DNA from: Candidatus Omnitrophota bacterium
GTDB lineage: Bacteria > Omnitrophota > Gorgyraeia > Zapsychrales > Zapsychraceae
Length of the DNA: 64,000 bases
Assembly: GCA_035292445.1 (NCBI GenBank)
Contig: DATDQB010000010.1
Coordinates: 3,563 to 67,562 of the forward strand
Reading direction: 5' to 3'
Shown: piece by piece, positions 59,901 to 64,000 of the stretch
How positions within the stretch are numbered: the stretch's first letter is position 1
Layout of the letters: every line of letters starts with the position of its first letter
Translations under genes and position numbers: made by a program
Notes under the pieces: model-generated
What the model was told of the DNA's origin: nothing
Database searches by the model: none
Seen by the model: only the letters and a program-made list of their open reading frames with translations

Positions 59901-62900
59901 CTTCATCGGTTATCGTTATAATCTTGATGGCCTCTTTGACCGATTTTCGTATGCTGGGGCCTTTTCTTTGGAGGCTGAGTGCGCTTAGATAAGGATATCC
60001 TGAGGCCGGCACCGATAGATTATCTGAGGTCGAGGCGATAATAACGGGCATCGACAACGACAACGCTTTTAACCCCTCGGCGATGGCAAGGGCGGAGCTC
60101 TCTTTGCCTACAACGACGTCAAAGGAGAACGGGTCCTCCGCGATCGTCTCCAGGGCCCGCTGTTCATTTTCGGCGTGAACGACGTTAAACTCTTCATTCA
60201 TGATATCCATCAGACGCCCCCGGCTTTGCGTCGCATCATCGACGATCAAGACCGTCCGGATCCTTGAAGTTACCCGGCGTTTTAACCCGCTTTCGATCCT
60301 GACGGTCAATTTCCGGTTTTCGATTGTCGCCGTAATGCCATCCTGGGCACGCAGCATCCGGGCCATCTCCGATACAACCGGCGAAAGCGGCTGTTCTTGC
60401 TGCCATAGCTCATCAAGCCTTTGGGGCATATCGCCACCCAGCAACTGCGCCCAATGGAACAAACTTGTCAAATAACCGTGCCCTATTTGCGCCTTCCCCG
60501 ATTCAAATTGTTCCAGGGGAACAGTAGCCAGCTGTCCGAGCAGCTCCAGCATATCGGTATCATCGATGTCTCTGATGAGCTTTCCTATCATGGCCCGGTC
60601 TTCCTGCCCGCCTTCTCCGATCAATTTTCTTTGATGATCAATAATCTGCCGTTTTACCCGCTCGTCAATGGCTGAAACGGCCTCGGCCCCCCGCGGGAAG
60701 CCGTATTCGTCATAATGGGCGGCAATCAGCACCAACTTTAAATCTTCCATCTCTTTCGAGGAAAAACCGGTATTATTAAGTAGATATAAGCTCAACCATT
60801 GTTTGATCTCTTCGCCGTAGTACCATTGGGAGGCCTCTCGGCCGAAATCTCCGGAGATCTTCTGCCACTGCCTGGGCGTCAACCGGCTTAAATTCTTAGA
60901 AAACAGAATAACGGGAAGCGGCATTTCGGCGCCGGGGCCGTACACATTTTCCAAAGCCACTTCAGACCCATCAACCGGTTCACGCCGGCTGTTAAGGAGT
61001 TTATCAAGGTTCAGCTCCAGCCTGCGCTTTAAGACCTGCTCAACCGATTCCGGGTGTTCACGCAAGTATCGAAGGTTGACCGTATCCCCCTTGCTATCAG
61101 CAAGAATTATATTGCCCGCCAGAAGATCGTTGATGATCTCAAGCAAAACCCTCAACCCCATGGCCGGATGGGCCAACCGTCTTTCGTATTCAAGCAAAGC
61201 GTAACCGATAATATTGTATTTGCTCTTGTAGCCGTCCTCGGCCGTTCCCAGCACGTTCCAGTTGAGATCAAGCGACGCCAGCGCGTTGAAAACTTCCACC
61301 AACACGGACACAAAAAGTTCGCTCCGCGAGAGCGGGGAATCCCCGTTAATGAACTGGGCCTTAAATTGCTGGCCGTACTCTTTGCCCAGGCCGATCTGTG
61401 GATCTTGGCTCAGAGCGTATCCCGCATGCAATTTATCAATATCAAAGATCGACTCGTCATCCTGGTTATAGACCTCGATGGTCGCGATCTTGTTCTTGAC
61501 GGAAATGAACCGGGTGATGTCAAAAGGAGGCATGAAGAATTCTGTCTTCTTTCCCGAACGAACCCAAAGACGTTCCCGGACCTCGTTCATGAGCTCGTCA
61601 TAATCAAAACTGCCCGTTTGCCTTTTGACTTCCCCAAATGCCTGGTCAAAACTCGATGCAACGGTTTCCGACCAATGCGCGATCGGTTCTGTCCAATCAA
61701 GGCTCATATCGAACGTTGAACGGTTGACGACCCTAAAGTGTGTTTCCCCCGTCTTTGAGGCCGCGATCATCACGGACATAAAAACTTCTTGCGGGGCGAT
61801 TTTGTAAAGACTTACATCATTTCTGTCTCTGCCGAAATAATAGAGGGTGTCGGACTTAAGCTGCCAGCCCTTTGACATCTGGCTCCCATCACCGTTGAAG
61901 CGCCGGAAAATGATCTGGCCGTCTTCGATAAAAAGCTTAAAATGATATTCCCCGAACTGGATGGTGATCACATTGACGAATTTTGAACTCATGCTGTTAT
62001 CGGGAGCAACGTTTTCTGACCTGTCACTAAGCATGGCGTTGTCTTCGCCCATCGCGCCCTTTGGTTCGGGGCCGAAATAATCGCGGGCGATCTCCAGCCG
62101 CCGGATCACTTCGTCCATTTCGGGACGGTCTTCCATCTTTTCTGCCGTCATGCCTTCAATAAGCGCCTTTAAGCCGCTGTTCTCCCAATCGGCTGTCGAG
62201 ATCCTTTCCGTCTGGTCACTGAACACGGTACGTATCGTTTTGCCGAGCCCGTAAACATCGGAGCGTGGCACTTTAACTTTTTCGGGGGCTACATAATCAT
62301 CTGCGCCCCAATCCGTTTCCTGGCCGATAACGGTAGCGATGCCGTAATCGATGAGAAATATCTCTCCGTCATCATCAAACAATATATGCTCCGGTTTAAC
62401 GTCGTTATGGACGAGACCGGAGCGCTCGTGCAGTTGTTTCAGTATCTCCGCGGCCTTGAGAATAACTTCTATTTGATGTTGGGGCCACAACCTCCTGAAA
62501 ATACTCGATTCAATCGTCAAAGCATGGGCCGGTCCTCTCGTCTTGATGAAGATCCACCCTTTTTCATTGACCTGGATGGACAATAATCGCGGCACGCCTT
62601 CGATACCGGCCTTTCCTATGATGTCCAGCGCCTGCGCTTCGTTGAGCGTGCGGTCATTGAAGCCGGTCTTATAAAAAATATCCGGCGGGTCATTGAGCTG
62701 TTGCAAGACCTCTCCAGCGCCGCCCGCACCGACATCTCTTTTTTCATCATAATTAAAAGAATACGCCTCCAAATAACCTTTTAATCGGGGATCGGCGCTG
62801 ATAAGCGCAATTGATCCCTGGTAAGTAGGGACGACCATCGCCTGATCGGGCAGGCCTTCGCCTTCAGGCTTTAAACCGACCGAGGCGATGAGGGCGTGGT

Positions 62901-63972
62901 CAAGATTATCCCTGACCTGCAAGGCATGGCGGGGATCATTGGAAACCACCATTGCCGCATCTAAGGCTATCCCCATCTGGGCGCCGCCGGAGAAATATTT
63001 GCGCGGGATGATCTCTTGGGTCGCCGGGTCATAGTCTTCTTTGATGTAATTGTAAACGCCGGTCTTGAAAGCCTCGAGGTACTGCTCATAGATCTTTTGT
63101 TTAATCTGCTTGTCCTCAACGTCAACGCCCTCAGTCTTATTTTGATCAACGTAGATCTTATTTAAAAGATGGTTATAAAGTGTCCGCTTGAACCAAGTCG
63201 CTAAGATCATGGAATGATAAATCTGCCGCAAATTAGCGAAGTTCTCACCTTCATTCACTTCCTTCTCGATCTCGGGAAGGATGATTTCACGGATGATTTC
63301 AGAACCAAGGTTATTTGTTTCTGCGGAAATCCCTCGCTGGTCATCGTTGGTTGGCAGATCAGCTCGGGACGTTGCGCTGTTTAAATTTTGTTGCAGCGCA
63401 ACGTAATCCTCTTCCAACATGACCTTCAAATACGCCTCAACGACAAAGGCCGTATCGCCGTTCTCGTACACAATCGCTTTTTCCGGTACGATCCACACTT
63501 TATTAAAGGTGTTGACCGGGATATCCGTTATGCCGAAACGTTCGTAAGCCAGCTTGTGCACTTTCTTCCAGAACTTCTCCCCCAATTCTTTCTCGGGATA
63601 AATGAGGCTCGCGGTCAGTTGTTTCAGAATATAATCTTGCGCGAGTAAGTCGCGGCCCATTTCGGTGACACCAAAACTTTCCGGGATGATGCGGTCTTTT
63701 TCATAGGGCGAAAGGTTCACCCACATTTCTTCTTTGGGCACTGTCAAGCTGGCAAGAAAATATTTAACCAACCTATCAGCTTCCTGGCGCAAGGCCTCAT
63801 CCTGCAGCTGGTTGTCGGCAAGATCAATAATGAAATCAAAATGAAGTGGATTCTGGGGATCGATCTTGATGCCTTTAAGAAGAGGCGGGACAAATCCGGG
63901 TGTGGGCGCCAGCATGATCCCGGGCGCGGGCAATGGGATCATCGGCTGGGCAAAGCTTATCCGCGGCGGCAT
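50935..63972 (-). CDS. Giant modular protein (at least 4345 aa, ORF open to the window edge at 64000): conserved N-cap, Hanks-type Ser/Thr kinase-like module, unknown modules, REC-like module, SAM-methyltransferase 1, 5x ~100-aa tandem repeat module, unknown modules, SAM-methyltransferase 2, small module, large ~750-aa module, HPr-like module, conserved C-cap
   Basis: Continuous 13 kb ORF; kinase HNDVKPEHIL...DYG...VAPE; MTase IGIIGVGTGIDLL and ALEIGPGRDS...LKPGGIL; REC-like RTVLIVDDATQ; HPr-like GVHIRPAERIIELM...GLVRGDQVVIKVDG; about 13 D-x-A-M-[VMIL] junction motifs; caps shared with the 11218..15318 protein. Confidence 0.8.
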   Translation of the reverse strand: MPPRISFAQPMIPLPAPGIMLAPTPGFVPPLLKGIKIDPQNPLHFDFIIDLADNQLQDEALRQEADRLVKYFLASLTVPKEEMWVNLSPYEKDRIIPESFGVTEMGRDLLAQDYILKQLTASLIYPEKELGEKFWKKVHKLAYERFGITDIPVNTFNKVWIVPEKAIVYENGDTAFVVEAYLKVMLEEDYVALQQNLNSATSRADLPTNDDQRGISAETNNLGSEIIREIILPEIEKEVNEGENFANLRQIYHSMILATWFKRTLYNHLLNKIYVDQNKTEGVDVEDKQIKQKIYEQYLEAFKTGVYNYIKEDYDPATQEIIPRKYFSGGAQMGIALDAAMVVSNDPRHALQVRDNLDHALIASVGLKPEGEGLPDQAMVVPTYQGSIALISADPRLKGYLEAYSFNYDEKRDVGAGGAGEVLQQLNDPPDIFYKTGFNDRTLNEAQALDIIGKAGIEGVPRLLSIQVNEKGWIFIKTRGPAHALTIESSIFRRLWPQHQIEVILKAAEILKQLHERSGLVHNDVKPEHILFDDDGEIFLIDYGIATVIGQETDWGADDYVAPEKVKVPRSDVYGLGKTIRTVFSDQTERISTADWENSGLKALIEGMTAEKMEDRPEMDEVIRRLEIARDYFGPEPKGAMGEDNAMLSDRSENVAPDNSMSSKFVNVITIQFGEYHFKLFIEDGQIIFRRFNGDGSQMSKGWQLKSDTLYYFGRDRNDVSLYKIAPQEVFMSVMIAASKTGETHFRVVNRSTFDMSLDWTEPIAHWSETVASSFDQAFGEVKRQTGSFDYDELMNEVRERLWVRSGKKTEFFMPPFDITRFISVKNKIATIEVYNQDDESIFDIDKLHAGYALSQDPQIGLGKEYGQQFKAQFINGDSPLSRSELFVSVLVEVFNALASLDLNWNVLGTAEDGYKSKYNIIGYALLEYERRLAHPAMGLRVLLEIINDLLAGNIILADSKGDTVNLRYLREHPESVEQVLKRRLELNLDKLLNSRREPVDGSEVALENVYGPGAEMPLPVILFSKNLSRLTPRQWQKISGDFGREASQWYYGEEIKQWLSLYLLNNTGFSSKEMEDLKLVLIAAHYDEYGFPRGAEAVSAIDERVKRQIIDHQRKLIGEGGQEDRAMIGKLIRDIDDTDMLELLGQLATVPLEQFESGKAQIGHGYLTSLFHWAQLLGGDMPQRLDELWQQEQPLSPVVSEMARMLRAQDGITATIENRKLTVRIESGLKRRVTSRIRTVLIVDDATQSRGRLMDIMNEEFNVVHAENEQRALETIAEDPFSFDVVVGKESSALAIAEGLKALSLSMPVIIASTSDNLSVPASGYPYLSALSLQRKGPSIRKSVKEAIKIITITDEEGAGVRDQAMVGRQIIDSLSFLDKDKDKIFLDVPELIEGARMWYEPLTFTEDGVRFFSALLYGEDVAPEGYLLSLEGNTPLFGEHKVISYGIMFQRKTGEPLLFDISEAIVSAEESLSLNARMLAQLAIPFLYPETPAPKPYAQTIRLKRTTNKVVLPIQERLRKIWGTSGIFTMFSIDNFDVFETIDKHSVDFQTAVLDNPGIFEGKDIGIIGVGTGIDLLNVLKSGAKSVWATDINPMHVMLANWNFQFALETGQIPPSAAASVKIFYQDGFTRQPDADIYLFNAPRVVSEEEFIDRVERNPLGHESFANHSYYMKADKFFELFGELKRRLQRHPSLAIWRVLLSEESGLADYRLREKETRAEEFIRQNNLEFVHVPHPFNEKGHSNIFYIGDLGMLDSSFASVMDKGQNVDRAMMVNKDSFYQIGDTVFDHLYHATWTVNANVFVNNGNSYDRHVILKNNGKIISVERKQMNGRFVKTLNNINELQHIYQDPEFHDVVVDISRLLTPFNLKRGSLRAAFLLPGGKRVGELLQLRLGKDLSRVEMKVIWDPDRVNIQGVMFIGYKKNGSSKHEEYNRSLWRWDGEELEYVDFMRELNEKIKAHLTDARFDGMELDITEHFSRNHLIYGIVRDMFPLPNGASWGGKRRSIHLGGKLIQVKMVPHFTDGQLKAVSFIGLSKNRSKQTITRKSYALWNGTHFEFQDPDELIKMFYRNSKGQKSITVDITEYLGPGKLKAGQIGWTFPLPNGKTWDFQEFMRIGKNLSKVLLKVDFLSDGNVKGITFIGFKRIYEKDYEMERSYWEWTGEAYEYRYKPGNGDEVRELYQETLDVPWRKIDLTKYLGESNLRTGQIRVAFPLPNGELWGADHIESMKIGAGLSKVEWVVHYNTDGSVKAMAFIGYKMVEGREEKYRESHWLWDGTRPVYQVNQVQLRKKDIENLIRKVYSSSKFDGVAVDISDFVGKTGLQHGILNRNFPLPKGKRLGKMMNMRMGTRMAELSRLEIMAHYEGQKRPQSISLVGYRGLEGQERKAATTKWRLNEEGMPEFQEALAGDAAMVGDGYDVAPGHSKVFAGEQIDGMPAAEWLERHDELVVKGERLKLVPLTRELLLQEAPEFLRLLNLIAADQTFSLQQDVIELADDPNRFDPQLSFAVLNELGKPVAVALSHPKIQKGKAYIPVKPIRSIYFSKVAVDPYFQWTAVILWLLHRHDANAVMKGYIDAYWESSLKVIPAKLGTERTDPFYKKIEGNIIRRMEARPGAEIPMPYYIFQRNLGESAQLLARQFVSEYNQQRAVEAVTDMEVLKLAQRLLKQEISTHDDEYLKSPYYAEILKLFGADNEDIHDIVVHKVRSGVLLKIVGYRMGELILAAQKAADQSDSDARLPEADSVGVPTERSERRDRVMLVSLKNLTQEPGEQVVSVWAKLQQLNRGGTKRLTNARHMLIDEARRPGFGVVKWEGYHTGTAEFLARQGLLQKEGPDGKGPQHERLGAYRMPSLVRNVVLSSIHGKNNDALELRFESPYAADNAMAAIEEIREIILTKTEYAHPDFEMADVMYFDSSVLPELREVLERYQPIAALILEELQRIIGQYDFYTLDWVVFRLFELKEEGFVITAHNLQRVIEESIALIPPEGYEPSIYGPGLFKSYFNYLDGFFSGTSDYIAGYLTNLDRVWEGIDALEIGPGRDSRMIPWLKEKGATITAGDLSWRGARLARRIYGVKAERMDILKLSALPKKFDVIVAASVLYYALTDQGGVWSQERTGLFIEGLKDILKPGGILAATFYHRETDYGKKVDHRMPAFVKKQFTQAGFVIEEGHNGQLVVFQHAIDMGQSVDHAMVAVMIVKEVFASEIALILGIGIQDIIIDDPDTHVIRRLTEFEDGRYMRAGEEFTIDTFKMEEELTINEIRNRLIAAGILVRDIRPSDIAIVDDELVRLPAEPEPPVPEEMMVFEEERFEEMPQPRGRVPNAFDDRAMVGDSSLRNIKRSLAIGSILAGSILAQEHAGKPTETLEFLREKIEVAQTANPSLIPLIEDFEPAVREWILLNIGAAVFSNEELNLFNEYVRGALYNLSLQEQIFALEHINIAQWIRSENIASIGLWLVPTLPYLELSGNTIVNVPGGLRLWQEMMGPHITEENLIENISYDFEAIQIFYYMARLSKKRQDILLEGFDVDSMYHAVKVDRSDISHRNVILQLAGIVHRWTGDEQILREGLGLMMQYPQYNVMFQVFDLINITKIEAIRQFIRRMEAIDRIEDRQRQSVYLQHFQGAVYILSKISKNNLFSVVESEQLFLSLVGVENLDGYQSWLQRELVPRLRNRLGAYPAYSQEFIDGLTDQDILIYALLDYHQAGRYSVSVQAEADRINAILVQQDIDKDDLGEFLLGLSYAKNLQFFDNSYLRQLPNGLIKRHVWFPYFGSPWSGGGFATYEEGVPPWAGGNITEPTVTGGLFLLGSELSHLYEYMIFERHGIPYRDSTAHNPEISDRLGFVFMSRPSSINLFTQSLAVVNHRVELAKEVLTARGLNNRVVRSYLVRILGNRRSDQVIAQSGISMENVITVLTPSELYYLGKLFEQERISRNTENKKKLEDMEHALIVSGETPESIQKDIDQVIGVSAKEILLSHSNYLSDEILRPYEQQEGAHLIGTRISADLNIQLALLMFNQDISYGALSYIHGKAFRYVIENVGRETNWSRYVEAIRSITQEDILGWFEELKEEGLIIERGAGNDRARPMGEASLGGAERRAVTSENRSDRAMVGARGFDELNEDNSAEEAVEVAIAAGVHIRPAERIIELMHRYPGNSLVLGVGGESEVISEVTDIISLGLVRGDQVVIKVDGPQARDLLERIVKILTIDEYGWDLGMGTEVDDEAMVARPPEAGEVSPESEILAEGKDVGGIDMNPDMLELQTQGQGMDLQFDPAILETMPITGFTPIIYSITPVTNLPLLLGIADDEPQPLAEGNGLGFELSKAIRQEKVIRTSGYQDIRLIPDNQIP
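56790..58410 (-). repeat. Five tandem ~100-aa protein repeats (FPLPNG-containing) inside the giant gene
   Basis: Repeats begin VDISRLLTPFNLKRG / LDITEHFSRNHLIYG / VDITEYLGPGKLKAG / IDLTKYLGESNLRTG / VDISDFVGKTGLQHG, each with FPLPNG/FPLPKG and a W.W(D/T)G end. Confidence 0.7.
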
Positions 63973-64000
63973 TAAACCCGTTATACTGAAAGTTATAACG

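Noticed and set aside
50935-63972. Giant ORF as an assembly chimera or a run of fused separate genes
   Set aside because: A 13 kb ORF with no stop codon is not expected by chance. A second paralog shares both caps, and module boundaries coincide with a conserved in-frame motif and not with stop/start junctions. The 5' end runs off the window, however, so the true start is unknown.
1-64000. tRNA, rRNA or other structured RNA genes
   Set aside because: No tRNA T-arm or anticodon-arm signatures (e.g. GGTTCGAATCC-like) or rRNA-like segments were seen by eye. Short ncRNAs in the 19714..20003 and 32341..32517 gaps cannot be excluded.

Overview
This 64 kb window is a gene-dense bacterial chromosomal segment. 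About 50 protein genes lie on the minus strand, and the only plus-strand gene found is rpmB. The GC content is moderate, and the segment probably comes from an uncultivated lineage; phylum cannot be assigned from sequence alone.

Recognisable housekeeping content includes: a methionine-salvage cluster resembling the DHAP shunt (PNP-family phosphorylase, MtnA, class II aldolase, aldehyde dehydrogenase); an acyl-CoA synthetase; a PadR regulator; a short pyruvate kinase; hldD; glycogen enzymes (MalQ and a GH57 branching enzyme); a REC-EAL regulator and a PAS-GGDEF cyclase; folA and thyA; ApbE; a glycosylation cluster (GT2, GT-C, FemAB-like protein, methyltransferase); moaC, arfB, prmA, hflKC, gpmA and fbaB; a NUDIX hydrolase; PepF; rpmB, recJ, argS and rsfS; an M16 peptidase; trpA and trpB; an M48 peptidase with LemA; and an M20 peptidase.

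Two features stand out. First, two paralogous giant modular proteins (1366 aa, and at least 4345 aa running off the window edge) share a conserved N-terminal cap and C-terminal cap but carry different internal domain cassettes. The cassettes include a Hanks-type kinase, two SAM methyltransferases, a REC-like domain, an HPr-like domain, a PP2C phosphatase, a GHKL ATPase and a 5x ~100-aa repeat. Every cassette boundary carries a recurring peptide junction D-x-A-M-[VMIL]-[GVA], encoded by a conserved DNA core GGCGATGGTGG, often with a hairpin beside it. Second, a family of palindromic elements with the ends GTAGGG...CCCTAC occurs at eight loci. Three copies sit in frame inside enzyme genes, three supply the TAG stop codon of the upstream gene, and the remaining two lie just 3' of gene stops (48020..48048 after lemA; 50496..50551 after the small zinc-ribbon gene). 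This resembles the Rickettsia palindromic elements.

Smaller observations include a G9 homopolymer at the start of the EAL regulator, a hexamer-repeat hairpin in the argS leader, heptamer tandem repeats after rpmB, and several regulatory palindromes.
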